From contig JABWAY010000001.1 of assembly GCA_013360825.1 (NCBI GenBank), positions 1-42,666 of the forward strand: 42,666 nt of DNA. Reading direction: 5' to 3'. The notes under the pieces were generated by a model. The model was not told the origin of the DNA, ran no database searches, and saw nothing but the letters and a program-made list of their open reading frames with translations. The position numbers were made by a program, and so were the translations under genes. This DNA is from Candidatus Brocadiia bacterium. GTDB lineage: Bacteria > Planctomycetota > MHYJ01 > WSZJ01. Shown in pieces: positions 17,995-28,123 of this stretch; the stretch's first letter is position 1; each line of letters begins with the position of its first letter.

Positions 17995-18188
17995 CAGACG
18001 GGATGGCGACGTGGCCGCCGAGGCAACCCGGCGGCGGCAGGACCCCCGACTCTACACCGGCAGTGGCGCTCTGCGGGGAGGAAGTCCGGCGTCGTTCGTG
18101 ACCAGGGGCCTCGGGTCCGTCAGGGAATCTCCGGCCGTGTACTCCTGCGCCCGCCGGCGCGTGCGGATTCCGCCTGCGAGGACCCGTT

Positions 18189-18875
18189 TCAGCGGCGACC
18201 GACAGAGGCGTACCGGGTCGGGTCCGGCACGCCGGCGGCGCGAAACCCACGGCGGCGGAGGACGCAGGCATCACACGCTCCGCACGCGAGTCCGCCGCGG
18301 CCCGGGTCGTAGCAGGAGTGCGTGAGGGCGTAGTCGACCCCGGCGCGGACACCGGCCCTGATGATCTCCGCCTTGGTCAGCCGGACGAGCGGCGCGTGGA
18401 TCCGGAACTTCTGCCCCCCTGCCGCCGCGCGCGTCCCCGCGTTCAGCGTCTTCCGGAACGCCGCCAGAAACGCGGGGGTGCAGTCCGGGTACCCGCTCGA
18501 GTCGAGCACGTTCACGCCGATCACCAGGTCGCGCGCCCCGATCGTCTCCGCCAGCGCCGCAGCGAACGCGAGGAAGATCGTGTTCCGCGCAGGGACGTAC
18601 GTCGCCGGGATCCCTCTCCCGATCCCCCGGCGCCGCGGCACCGCGATCGACCGGTCCGTCAGCGCAGACCCGCCGAACGCGCCGAGATCGATCGACACCA
18701 CGCGGTGGTCCCGGATCCCGAGGTGCCGCCCCACCTTTCGCGCCGCCGCAATCTCCACCGCGTGGCGCTGCCCGTATCGAAACGAAAGGGCGTGCAGCTC
18801 AAACCTCCCGCAGAGCAGCGCCCCGGCGGTCGCGGAGTCCAGGCCCCCGGAGAGGAGGAGCACGGCGGGTTTCAT
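18189..18875 (-). CDS. queC: 7-cyano-7-deazaguanine synthase
   Basis: PP-loop LLSGGLDS, VPARNTIFL, and the C-terminal Zn cluster SCYDP...CGACDAC. Confidence 0.92.
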   Translation of the reverse strand: MKPAVLLLSGGLDSATAGALLCGRFELHALSFRYGQRHAVEIAAARKVGRHLGIRDHRVVSIDLGAFGGSALTDRSIAVPRRRGIGRGIPATYVPARNTIFLAFAAALAETIGARDLVIGVNVLDSSGYPDCTPAFLAAFRKTLNAGTRAAAGGQKFRIHAPLVRLTKAEIIRAGVRAGVDYALTHSCYDPGRGGLACGACDACVLRRRGFRAAGVPDPTRYASVGRR

Positions 18876-18904
18876 TCCCAGAGATTACCCGGACGCGGCG
18901 GACC

Positions 18905-20368
18905 TTACTTCGAAAGCGATTCGAGAATTTCTTTCCACTCCTCGGATCCATGAAGTGCCGCGAGCTCCGGATCGGCCTCCAGCTCGGCCCGGGTCACCGT
19001 GTCCGTCGCGGCCGCGGACCGGAGCAGCAGGATCGCCTTCGCCCGGAACGCGCTCACGATCTTCGGGTCGAGTTCCTCGGGGGTCCCACCCCGTGCATCC
19101 AGCCCGGTGCTGCGCAGGGCGACGACGCGCGCGTGGCGGATCAGCCAGCGCGCCAGGGCCGCACGGAGCCCTTCGTCTGTCCGCGCCCGTGTCGCATCCG
19201 CTTCCGGCCACTGTTTGAGGAACCGCTCCATCCGGTCGATCCTCTCCGCCAGCACCGGGTCCTGCTGGTGCAGCGGGAACTCGGTGTCGCCCCCGTACTT
19301 CAGGCCGCTGTCAGGGTGGAGGAACGCCGACTCCGCGTGCCGGGCCGCCGTCCAGGCGCGGCATCGCGCGACCGTCTCGCGTTCCGCGTCCGGAGTGACC
19401 GGGTGATCCTTCACGAAGCGTTTCGCGATTTCCAGGTTTGCCCCGGTCAGCTCGAAAATTCCCTGTTCACCCTCGAACAGCCCGGCCGCGGCCGTTCCCG
19501 ACCATGGTGTCGAGACGCCTTTCATCGGCACGACGATCAGGAACGCGATCCCCTCCGGGAACGCCTCGGCGCTGCCGGCGGGGGCCGGAGTCGAAATGAA
19601 CAGCGGAAGGGTCCCGCCGGCCCCGACGCCGGGGGCGCGCAATATCTCCCGAAGCCTGAACGGAACCTGGTTCGAAACGGGCGTTCCCGGGGACTCCGCG
19701 ATCGCCACCAGCTCTGCACGGGCGAGCAGTCCCTCGAGGTCGACCCCGGCCGCTCTGGAGGCCCAGAATGCGCGCGCGGTCTCCAGCCGTTTCCGCGCCG
19801 TCTCCGCCTGCTCAATTTCCCAGGCCTCATGGGCGGCCCGCCCCTCGTCATACCATCCGCGGATTTCTTTCAGCACTTCCTCGGTGAACGGCTGGCGGCA
19901 CCGTCCGGTCGTGGACGGGAGCGGCGATCCAGGTTCTGCGGGGTGCAGGGCGACGACAAAGCGATCCCCGACCTTCGGCATTTCCTTGAACTCCGCTTCC
20001 CGCCACGCCGGGAGGCGCGAATCGTTTCCGCAGATCCCGATAGGGAACGGCCAGGTCGGTGTCCACCGGATCCGGGTGCGGTCCTGGGACTTGTCCCCGG
20101 AGAGGAGCTGAAGGACCCGGACCTCGACGGTGGGGGGCCGGTCGTTGGTGTATCTGCCTTCGGGGACGGCCACGATTTCGACCACGGCCAGGTCGGACTT
20201 CATCCCCCCGGCACGGTTCCAGTCGCGGCTCAGGATCCCCTTCTGAAGCTCGGCGAGTTCCTCGAGACTGACCCCCTCGAGAGCAGAGTCAGGCTCCCCG
20301 GCGCGGGAAGGGGAGATCAGGAGGGCGGTGACGGCGGTGACGGCGGCCAGGAAACGGGATGCGCGCAT
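18905..20368 (-). CDS. hypothetical secreted protein
   Basis: Within ORF 18905..20626. ATG 20368 gives the signal peptide MRASRFLAAVTAVTALLISPSRA. 487 aa, no family recognised. It ends 29 nt upstream of queC. Confidence 0.6.
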   Translation of the reverse strand: MRASRFLAAVTAVTALLISPSRAGEPDSALEGVSLEELAELQKGILSRDWNRAGGMKSDLAVVEIVAVPEGRYTNDRPPTVEVRVLQLLSGDKSQDRTRIRWTPTWPFPIGICGNDSRLPAWREAEFKEMPKVGDRFVVALHPAEPGSPLPSTTGRCRQPFTEEVLKEIRGWYDEGRAAHEAWEIEQAETARKRLETARAFWASRAAGVDLEGLLARAELVAIAESPGTPVSNQVPFRLREILRAPGVGAGGTLPLFISTPAPAGSAEAFPEGIAFLIVVPMKGVSTPWSGTAAAGLFEGEQGIFELTGANLEIAKRFVKDHPVTPDAERETVARCRAWTAARHAESAFLHPDSGLKYGGDTEFPLHQQDPVLAERIDRMERFLKQWPEADATRARTDEGLRAALARWLIRHARVVALRSTGLDARGGTPEELDPKIVSAFRAKAILLLRSAAATDTVTRAELEADPELAALHGSEEWKEILESLSK

Positions 20369-20429
20369 GTCCGGGGCTCCTTGTGAGGTCCCCCCTTGGA
20401 CGCCGGCGCGCCGTCCGGGTTCCCGGACT

Positions 20430-21233
20430 TCAGCAGCGCGTCCGCATCGACTCCCGGGACCGCTCGTGCGCCGCGGGGCTCTCGAACCCCTTGGAAGTCG
20501 AGTGCGCCCACGCTTTGTCGATGTACGGGACCGCCTCCGGCGTCTTGCAGGCGGTGTCGCCGTGGTCGACCTCGACCGTCCCGATCCGTTTCGCGGCGAG
20601 CGTCGCAGCCTTCCGCAGGGAGGCATCGCGGCATCCGATCGCGATGACCGCGCGGTTCATCGCCTCGCGCTCGCCGTCCGGGGATTCATGGATCGACTTC
20701 TGGATCGTCGCCAGCCGCTCCGCAAACCACGCCGCGGGGGTCGCCTCGTCGCACATCGCCATCGCTCCGACCAGAAGCCAGCCGGAACAGCGGAGCAATT
20801 CGTCTTTCGAGGCGAGCCACGCATCAGCCCTCGTCCGGGCGTGCGGGCTTTCGGCCGCAAGGTGGGCGACGTAGCCGTGGCACATCGCCGCGGAAGGCGC
20901 CGCCGCCCAGCGGTCGAGGTCCGCGGGGGTGATCTGCGCGGGGTCGGCGATCTTCACGGCCAGGTTGCGCGCGTCGAAATTCCCGGTCTTCCAGAGCGCG
21001 AGGGCGAGTTCATGGTCGACCCGGATCCGCTTCACGAGCATTTTCAGCGTGGCAAAACTCACCCCAAACATCGGCTCCGAGGCGCCGTGGCGCGCGTACG
21101 TCTTCCGCGTCTGCGCCGAGCCCGCCTTCTCCAGAGCGGACATCGCCTCCGCGAGGGACAGGCGCGTTCCGGCGGCCTTGTTCGACTTCGGGGTCGAGCG
21201 GGCGGTCGGCGCCGTCTTCGTCTTTGCGGGCAT
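20430..21233 (-). CDS. DNA alkylation repair (AlkD-like HEAT-repeat) family protein
   Basis: C-terminal 267 aa of track ORF 20430..24635, starting at ATG 21233 (MPAKTKTAP...). RKTYARHGASEPMFGVSFATLKMLVKRI...LALALWKTGNFDARNLA resembles the DNA_alkylation family. The rest of the track ORF is antisense to the kinase gene. Confidence 0.75.
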   Translation of the reverse strand: MPAKTKTAPTARSTPKSNKAAGTRLSLAEAMSALEKAGSAQTRKTYARHGASEPMFGVSFATLKMLVKRIRVDHELALALWKTGNFDARNLAVKIADPAQITPADLDRWAAAPSAAMCHGYVAHLAAESPHARTRADAWLASKDELLRCSGWLLVGAMAMCDEATPAAWFAERLATIQKSIHESPDGEREAMNRAVIAIGCRDASLRKAATLAAKRIGTVEVDHGDTACKTPEAVPYIDKAWAHSTSKGFESPAAHERSRESMRTRC

Positions 21234-21386
21234 CGGTGGGCTCCACGCTGGGTGAATCGGGAAACCGGGCGACTCCGGCGTCGCGCGGGCCCGCCAGTCT
21301 ACCCGTTTCCCCGCGGGGTCCGCCGGCCGATCGATGCGGTCCCGGCCCGGCGGGCCCGGTAGAATCCTCCGGAGAAGGAGTCGCCG

Positions 21387-24300
21387 ATGGCCGTCTGTCC
21401 GATCTGCGCGCTCGAGCATCCGGCCGGGGCGTGCGCGACCGTCATCGCCGGGACCGTCTCCCCGGGCGGGACCGTCCTCCCCTCGGGAGGTTCCGCGGGG
21501 GAGGGGGCGGCGGGGCTGCGCGCGGGTTCGCGGGTCGGCGCGCGCTACGAGATCGTGTGCCTCCTCGGTCGCGGGGGGATGGGGGCCGTCTACCGCGCCC
21601 GGGATCTGACCCTCGGCCGGCAGGTCGCGCTCAAGGTCCTCCTCGGGGCCGGCGTCGCCGGAGAGGATGAAATCGCCCGCTTCCGCCTCGAAGCCTCCGC
21701 CCTTGCCTCCCTCGCCCATCCCGGGATCGTTCCGGTTTTCGACTCCGGGCAGGAGGACGGGAGGCCGTATTTCGCTATGGAGCTTGTGGAGGGCCGCTCT
21801 CTCGAAGCGGTGTTGAAGACGGAGCGGATCGGGCTCGAGCGGGGGCTGGGGATCATCCGGGATGTGGCGCGGGCGCTGGCGTTCGCGCACGGGCGCGGGC
21901 TGGTCCACCGGGATGTGAAGCCCGGGAACATCCTCCTCGACGCGGCGGGGGCCGCGAGGCTGACGGACTTCGGCCTGGCGCGACGCATCACGGAGGCGAG
22001 CGGGCTGACGCTGTCCGGCGCCGTGCTCGGGACGCCGGCGTACATGGCTCCGGAACAGGCACGCGGGGATGCGCGGGGGGCCGATGCGCGGTCGGACGTC
22101 TACTCGCTCGGCGCCGTGCTCTACCAGCTCCTGACCGACGAGCCGCCCCACCGGGGCGCTTCGCTCGTCGAAATCCTGCGCTCTGCCGCCGAGGACGATC
22201 CCGTCCCGCCGCGCCGACTCGCTCCGCGGACTCCGCGCGACGTGGAGACCCTCTGCCTCCGCGCTCTGGCCCGCGAACCGGGACGCCGCTACCCGGACGC
22301 CTCGGCGTTCGCGGACGACATCGACCGGTTCCTCCGCCGCGAACCGATCCTGGCGCGCCGACCCTCTCCCGTCTATCGCGCGCTGCGGTGGGTGCAGCGG
22401 AACCCCGTCCCCGCCGCGGCCCTGGCCGCCATTCTCTTCGGCCTCCTCCCCTGGGGGGCGTGGGCCTGGTCCCGGCCGGGGGAGGTCACCATCGAGGTCA
22501 CATCGCGGGGCCTCCCTGTATCCGGCGCGGTGGTGACGCTCGGCGACCGGACGCTCGCGCCCGGCGGCGGCGGCGCGCGCGGCCGCATTCCCGCCGGTAC
22601 CCACCGCGTCCTCGTCCGCGCCCCCGGGTACCGCGAGAGCGAACGGGCCCTCACCGTCACCCGCGGCGGTACCCACCACCTCCAGATTCCCCTCGACCGC
22701 GAGCAGGGCATCTTCGAACTCGAGGTCCAGCCGGCGGGGGGAAGCGTCTACGTCGACGGGGTGGACTTCGGGTCCCGCCTCCGGGGGTTCGCGGTGGACA
22801 CGGGGGTGCGGGAGATCGTGGCGCGGAAAGAGGGACGTCATGATGCGTTCCTGGACTGGGAAGCGCGGGTGGGCGAGCGGACCGAGGGATACCTCCACCT
22901 GCCCGAGGCCTGTCCCTGGTCCCGGCGGCTCCGCGGTGACAATCACTGGATCTCCTGGGTCGGCGACGCCGACGGCGATGGACGGCAGGACCTCATGTAC
23001 CGGAATTTCGGTTCGCATGTCCTGGTCTCCCCCTGGGACGGGCGCGTCCTCGGCACCGTCCATCTGGGGACGACCACCATGCGTCCCTCCGAACTCGCCG
23101 ACCTGGACGGGGACGGCGTGAAGGATCTGGTCGCGCAGTGGGTCGATCCGGAGGACGGAGCGCATGTGGAGGCGTGGTCGGGCGCCGTCGACCCGGGCCG
23201 CGCGCTGCCGCAGGAACTCAGACCGCTCTGGAAGTGGCACCGTCCTGCCGACGCCGAAGTCAGCTTCGGGATCTGCTGGACCCGTCCGCTCGTCGTGGCC
23301 GCGGGGGCCGCACCGTCCCCGATGGTCATCACGACGTCGGACGTCCGCGACGAGATCCGGGGGAATGCCGGGCGGGACGGAACGCTCGCCTGGCGGACCC
23401 CCCTGGATGACTTCCCGCTCGGCAGCGTGGCGCTGTCCGGCCCGGACGGCCGCGCCCGGATCGTCGTCGCCTTCGCGGGCGCTCTCGTCGCTCTCGACGC
23501 CGAGACCGGGGCCGCGCTGTGGAAGGCCCCCGCCGGCATCGCCCCATCGCTCGAGGACGCCGGGTGGCACCCGCTCCTCCGGCGAGGCGCCCTCGACGGC
23601 CGACCGTTCCTCGTCGCCGCAGAACTCGACGGCGAGCCGGGGGACGACATCGCACTCGCCGCCTGCGACGCGGGGCAGGGGAGGAGGACCCTCCTCGCCT
23701 TCTCGGGAAAGGACGGACGGCCGCTCTGGTCCGGGCCTGACCTGGCCTTGCTCAACGGCTGGGCCGAGGGGGTCGCGGACGTCAACGCCGATGGCACCCC
23801 CGACTTCTTCGTACGCGCCCGCGATCCCGAGCGCACCGCGCTGGTCGACGGACGGTCGGGACAGACGCTCTGGAGCGCCCCCGGCCCCCTCTGGCCCGCG
23901 CTTCTGGACCTCCCCGGCGGCGTCACGCCGGTGACGGTCGGTCCGGAAGCGATCGAAATCCGGAGTCCGGCCGACGGGACGGTCCGGCACCGGATGGTGC
24001 AGCGGGCCGCGCGCCGGGGGACCGCGGTGGCAGCGGACTGGGACGGGGATGGCCAGCGGGAGGTGGTTGCGTCGTGCGCGGATGGCACCGTCGCCGCCTG
24101 GGCGGCCGATGGGACGCGCGTCGGCTCCTGCCTCCTTCCCGGTCCGGTCCGGCTGCATCCCGGGCCCGATGCCGGGGGGGATGGATTTCCGGACATGCTC
24201 GGTCTCGGCGAGGTCTTCGCCGTCCTGACCGGTCCCGCGGTGGCCTGGTCCCGCACGTCCCGCATCGCCATCAACGCCCGCCCCCTCGTCGCCGATTTCT

Positions 24301-25388
24301 CGGGCGACGGACGCCCGCAGGTCGCGGTCTACGCGGATTTCGGGGACGACCGGTCCCTCGAGATCCTCGATGCGCGCGACGGCCGTCGACGCGCCCGGGC
24401 CGGCCCCGCCCGCTGCTTCCAGCCCCCCGTCCTCCTCCCGCGCGCCGACGGCGGCTCGGACCTGGTCGCCCTTCTCCAGGACGGCGCCGACGCCGAACTC
24501 GTCCACCTCTCCGGCCGCGACGCCGCCGTCCTCCGCCGCGCACCCGGTCCTCTCGCCTACGGCCAGCCCGGTCTTGCCGACCTCGACGGAGACGGACGCC
24601 CGGAAATCCTCTCCATCGGCTGGCAGACTCCCCACGCGCTCCGCGTCCTCGACTCGTCCACCTGGGAGGTCCGCTGGACTCTCCCCGGGTCAGACGGATG
24701 TTTCCACGCCCCGCTCTTCGTCGATCCCGGCACCTCCCAAGGTCCGGGCCTCCTCATCCGGTTCCTCGACGGCCGCTTCCGGTTCGCCTCCCCGCGCGAC
24801 GGCGCCGCCCGCTGGGAAGTCTCCCTCGGTCCAGGCCTGGTCGGACCTCCTGCTCTCCGGGACCTCGACGGGGACGGCCGGCAGGAGATCGTCACGACCG
24901 CCATCGCCTCGGGGTGCGACCTCGTCGCGATCCGCGCGGAGGACGGGCAGGAACTCTGGCGGTCCGAAGGATTCGGGGGGTACGCGACCACACCCGTCTT
25001 CTGCGAGCCCGACGCGACCCGCTCCGTCGCGATCCTCGTGGCTTCGCGCCCCCGCGGCCTCGCCCTCCTCGACGCGGGCGGCCGCCCCCGCTGGACCTGG
25101 GTCCCGCCTCCCGCCCTCGGGAAGCCCGTCGCGTGCGACGCAGGTCCGGGAGTCGCCGACCTTGACGGGGACGGGCGTCTCGAAGCGCTCTGCGCGTTCA
25201 TGGACGGGACGCTGCGCATCTTCGACCTTCGCACGGGCACCCTCCTTCGCACCTGGCGGACCGGTGAAAAGCGCATGGAGGGCGGGTGGGCGATCCTGGA
25301 TCTCGAGGGCGACGGACGGCTGGAGATCCTGCTCGCCGGGGGGGACGGGTCGCTGACGTGCCTGCGGACGCCGCGGGGGGGAAAGTAG
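21387..25388 (+). CDS. Ser/Thr protein kinase with TM helix, PEGA-like domains and FG-GAP/VCBS-type beta-propeller repeats
   Basis: GRGGMGAVYRA, ALK, HRDVKPGNILL, DFG and APE. TM helix PAAALAAILFGLLPWGAWAW. Two PEGA-like units (VLVRAPGYRESE; IVARKEGRHD). At least 9 D.(D/N/S).DG motifs follow (DADGDGRQDL, DLDGDGVKDL, DWDGDGQREVV, DLEGDGRLEIL...). Confidence 0.9.
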   Translation: MAVCPICALEHPAGACATVIAGTVSPGGTVLPSGGSAGEGAAGLRAGSRVGARYEIVCLLGRGGMGAVYRARDLTLGRQVALKVLLGAGVAGEDEIARFRLEASALASLAHPGIVPVFDSGQEDGRPYFAMELVEGRSLEAVLKTERIGLERGLGIIRDVARALAFAHGRGLVHRDVKPGNILLDAAGAARLTDFGLARRITEASGLTLSGAVLGTPAYMAPEQARGDARGADARSDVYSLGAVLYQLLTDEPPHRGASLVEILRSAAEDDPVPPRRLAPRTPRDVETLCLRALAREPGRRYPDASAFADDIDRFLRREPILARRPSPVYRALRWVQRNPVPAAALAAILFGLLPWGAWAWSRPGEVTIEVTSRGLPVSGAVVTLGDRTLAPGGGGARGRIPAGTHRVLVRAPGYRESERALTVTRGGTHHLQIPLDREQGIFELEVQPAGGSVYVDGVDFGSRLRGFAVDTGVREIVARKEGRHDAFLDWEARVGERTEGYLHLPEACPWSRRLRGDNHWISWVGDADGDGRQDLMYRNFGSHVLVSPWDGRVLGTVHLGTTTMRPSELADLDGDGVKDLVAQWVDPEDGAHVEAWSGAVDPGRALPQELRPLWKWHRPADAEVSFGICWTRPLVVAAGAAPSPMVITTSDVRDEIRGNAGRDGTLAWRTPLDDFPLGSVALSGPDGRARIVVAFAGALVALDAETGAALWKAPAGIAPSLEDAGWHPLLRRGALDGRPFLVAAELDGEPGDDIALAACDAGQGRRTLLAFSGKDGRPLWSGPDLALLNGWAEGVADVNADGTPDFFVRARDPERTALVDGRSGQTLWSAPGPLWPALLDLPGGVTPVTVGPEAIEIRSPADGTVRHRMVQRAARRGTAVAADWDGDGQREVVASCADGTVAAWAADGTRVGSCLLPGPVRLHPGPDAGGDGFPDMLGLGEVFAVLTGPAVAWSRTSRIAINARPLVADFSGDGRPQVAVYADFGDDRSLEILDARDGRRRARAGPARCFQPPVLLPRADGGSDLVALLQDGADAELVHLSGRDAAVLRRAPGPLAYGQPGLADLDGDGRPEILSIGWQTPHALRVLDSSTWEVRWTLPGSDGCFHAPLFVDPGTSQGPGLLIRFLDGRFRFASPRDGAARWEVSLGPGLVGPPALRDLDGDGRQEIVTTAIASGCDLVAIRAEDGQELWRSEGFGGYATTPVFCEPDATRSVAILVASRPRGLALLDAGGRPRWTWVPPPALGKPVACDAGPGVADLDGDGRLEALCAFMDGTLRIFDLRTGTLLRTWRTGEKRMEGGWAILDLEGDGRLEILLAGGDGSLTCLRTPRGGK

Positions 25389-25459
25389 CGGGGGAGGATC
25401 TGCGGGGCGGCTCGGGAGGTGGGTGGGCTCCACCCCCGATCCTCGAGCCCCCCGCTCCC

Positions 25460-28123
25460 TCAGTCCCTGACCCTCACCTGGAGCCGATTCTGCGAGCTGC
25501 CTCCGAAATTTTTCAGCCAGAACGCCATGGCGTGATGCAGCGAGTCGCACGAAGCGCGCGGCCGGAAATCGCCGAGGTAGGACACCACCGATTCCGCGGA
25601 GTCGTCGTCGACCAGGAACGGATCGGGCGCGCCGTCCAGGTTGTGCCACCCGAGGTCATCGCCATCGGGCTGGAACTCCTGATAGTAGACGCGGTCCTGG
25701 TCGAAGAAGAAGAGGCCGACCGATGCCTCGCCGACAAGGGGGACCGGCAGATCCATGAAGGAGGGACTGAGCCAGCCGATGGGGATGTCGAGCTGGAAAG
25801 GCGGGGCGAACCCCGCGCCCGCCGCGGGGACGAACGATTCGCCGAGGGGAAGGCCTGTGTCGCCCGCGCGGAAGCGGCGCGTGCGGATGGCCGGCGCGTA
25901 GCCGTCACTCTCGTGAAACTTGCTCTCGTGGAAGAACACATGGACGTCGGACGCCCCGTGCGCCCGGTCGCCGTCGTCCTCACCCGAAACCGGGTCGAAG
26001 CTCCCGATCTCGCTTCCCGGAGGCGTCACCGCCACGCGCAGGAGATCGAAAGGACCGGTCGACTGCAGATCCGGCCGCAGGCTGTCGATTTCGACCTCGC
26101 CGGCGCCGACGCCGGTCCGCCGGGCGAAGACGCGCCAGTCGGTTCCCGCCGTGGGGTCGACGTCGTTGACGTAGAACGCGACGACATTCCCGCCCTCGCC
26201 TGAATCGGCCGCGATGAAGCCCCAGGGCGAGTCGTCCGAGAACGCGTAGAAGGAGAGGGCCCCCTGGGGGAACGACTGGAAGAGGGAGGTCGCCGTCGCC
26301 GGGAGGACGCCGCCCGCAGGATCCAGGTCCGCGGTGAGCCGGACGATGTGCATGCGGTCCTCGGTGGAATCGCTGTGCTCGATGAAAAGGTTCATGACGT
26401 CGGGATCGGACTGAACGCCGCAGATGTAGCCGAGAGCCGACTGGAACTGGAATCCCGAGGCTGCCGAGAAGCCGCCCGTGAGGGGGGGGCTGACGCGGAT
26501 GGCGGCGCTGACGCGCCCCGAGAGCGGCGGGATGGACGCGGGAGGAAGGCCGTCTTCGTCCAGACGCGCCGGGAGGTACTGGCAACTCCAGATTCCAAAA
26601 TGATCGTCGGCCGAGGGGCCCGTGGGCGCCATGTCGACAGGTTCCGACCACGCCGCCCAGATGAAGTCCCCGTTGCGGGAGATCCGGCTGGAGAAGTCGA
26701 AGCCGGCGGAGTCGGAGATGTCGTCGTCCTCGGCGTCCAGCAGGAGGGCGTCGACGACGAGGCCGGTTGCGGGATCGATTTCCGAGAGCAGGTACCGCCC
26801 GTCCGCGACGATCTCCCCGAAGGTGGCGTCGTCGTCCGCTTCGAGGTACAGGGTCGTGATCACGGTGCGGGCCAGACCTTCGTCCGACCCGTAGACGGAG
26901 TGGCGGCTGGTGTTGAAGTTGCCGGCGAACATGCCTCCGTGCTCGGTGAACGCCGCGCCGGACTGGATCACGTCCCCGGCGGCGGAGCTCGGCGTCGAGA
27001 GCGCGAGGGCGGCCGCCGGGAACGCGGTCCCCGCGGCGAGGTTGAACGTGAGGGCCTGGACCGTCGTGTCCACACCCGTGGAGAGCGAATACCAGTCCTG
27101 GTGGAAGACCGGGGTGTGCCCGGCCAGGCTGCCCGCGTCCGCCCTCGAGGACAGCGTGTAAAACAGCGTGTTGTTGCAGGAGATGAATTCGTCACCGACG
27201 ACGGTTTCTTCGCTCTGCACCCCCGAATCCGAGGCGCCGAAGCCCAGGGTGGAAACGCGGAGGTCCGGACCCGGGACGAGCGGAAGCTCGGGATCGCCGG
27301 GCTGGCCGAGGTCCCAGGTGACGGTGGCGATGTACCGGTCCTGCTGCATCCCGGCGACGCCGGGGTCGTTGTCCTCGATCTGAAGCCAGAACACCGCGAG
27401 CCCCGTGGTGGCGTCTCCCCAGTCGTAGGACGGCCCGAGGACGGACCACCGGGCTTCGCCCCGCAGCCCGTCGGACACCAGACCGTAGATATACGCGTCC
27501 TCCGAGAACGGGGGGAACGTCGAGTCCTCCAGGTTGCTGATCCGGACTCCGGGCGCCTGAAACCCGTAGTTCGCGGCGGGCTCGTGGCAGAGGCTGACGT
27601 TGAAGTACGTCGCGAAGAGGCAGGCGTTCGCGTCGTCGCCCCCGCCCGTGGCCACGTCCAGCGCCTTCCAGATGATCACCGCGTCTCCGTTGCGCTCCCG
27701 GGCCGGCTCCGAAGGATGGTCCGACGTGTTGAGGAAGGCGACGCAGATCTCGGAGGCGATGACGGTGCCGAGGTCCGTGTCGGAGGCCGTCAGGGCGATC
27801 GGCGTCGTCCAGGACTCCCCGTCGTAGTAGTTGGCCCACGCGATCCCCGAGGCCCCGCGGTACGTCGCCATGGCCGTGCCGCGGTCGCCATTGTGGACCA
27901 CGCGCAGCTGGCCGGCGCAGGCGTCGCCGGACGGGCTCATCGCCCGCTGGTCGTCCGCCACGTTCCCGTTCTGCACCGGGGCGCCGGGAAAATCGTCGGT
28001 CGTGGAAATGCCGCCCGCCTGGACCACGGTGCTGCGCTTCGTCTTCTTCCGACACCCCGTGACTCCGGCGACGACCAGTGCGACAAGGGCGACGACAAGG
28101 GCGGTCCGAGCGGACAGGCTCAT
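25460..28123 (-). CDS. large hypothetical lipoprotein (887 aa)
   Basis: Lipobox VAGVTGC after a hydrophobic leader. GGAGA RBS 5 nt before the ATG. Recurrent strand-like motifs (VIIWKAL, LAVFWLQ, FIWAAWS, VVAFYVND, VHVFFHES, LFFFDQD) suggest a repeated beta architecture. No family recognised. Confidence 0.7.
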   Translation of the reverse strand: MSLSARTALVVALVALVVAGVTGCRKKTKRSTVVQAGGISTTDDFPGAPVQNGNVADDQRAMSPSGDACAGQLRVVHNGDRGTAMATYRGASGIAWANYYDGESWTTPIALTASDTDLGTVIASEICVAFLNTSDHPSEPARERNGDAVIIWKALDVATGGGDDANACLFATYFNVSLCHEPAANYGFQAPGVRISNLEDSTFPPFSEDAYIYGLVSDGLRGEARWSVLGPSYDWGDATTGLAVFWLQIEDNDPGVAGMQQDRYIATVTWDLGQPGDPELPLVPGPDLRVSTLGFGASDSGVQSEETVVGDEFISCNNTLFYTLSSRADAGSLAGHTPVFHQDWYSLSTGVDTTVQALTFNLAAGTAFPAAALALSTPSSAAGDVIQSGAAFTEHGGMFAGNFNTSRHSVYGSDEGLARTVITTLYLEADDDATFGEIVADGRYLLSEIDPATGLVVDALLLDAEDDDISDSAGFDFSSRISRNGDFIWAAWSEPVDMAPTGPSADDHFGIWSCQYLPARLDEDGLPPASIPPLSGRVSAAIRVSPPLTGGFSAASGFQFQSALGYICGVQSDPDVMNLFIEHSDSTEDRMHIVRLTADLDPAGGVLPATATSLFQSFPQGALSFYAFSDDSPWGFIAADSGEGGNVVAFYVNDVDPTAGTDWRVFARRTGVGAGEVEIDSLRPDLQSTGPFDLLRVAVTPPGSEIGSFDPVSGEDDGDRAHGASDVHVFFHESKFHESDGYAPAIRTRRFRAGDTGLPLGESFVPAAGAGFAPPFQLDIPIGWLSPSFMDLPVPLVGEASVGLFFFDQDRVYYQEFQPDGDDLGWHNLDGAPDPFLVDDDSAESVVSYLGDFRPRASCDSLHHAMAFWLKNFGGSSQNRLQVRVRD

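Noticed and set aside
20430-24635. 1401-aa minus-strand ORF spanning most of the kinase locus
   Set aside because: Only its last 267 aa (from ATG 21233) look like a protein (AlkD-like). The rest is Arg/Gly/Pro-rich and exactly antisense to the well-supported kinase CDS, which is a typical shadow ORF of GC-rich DNA.
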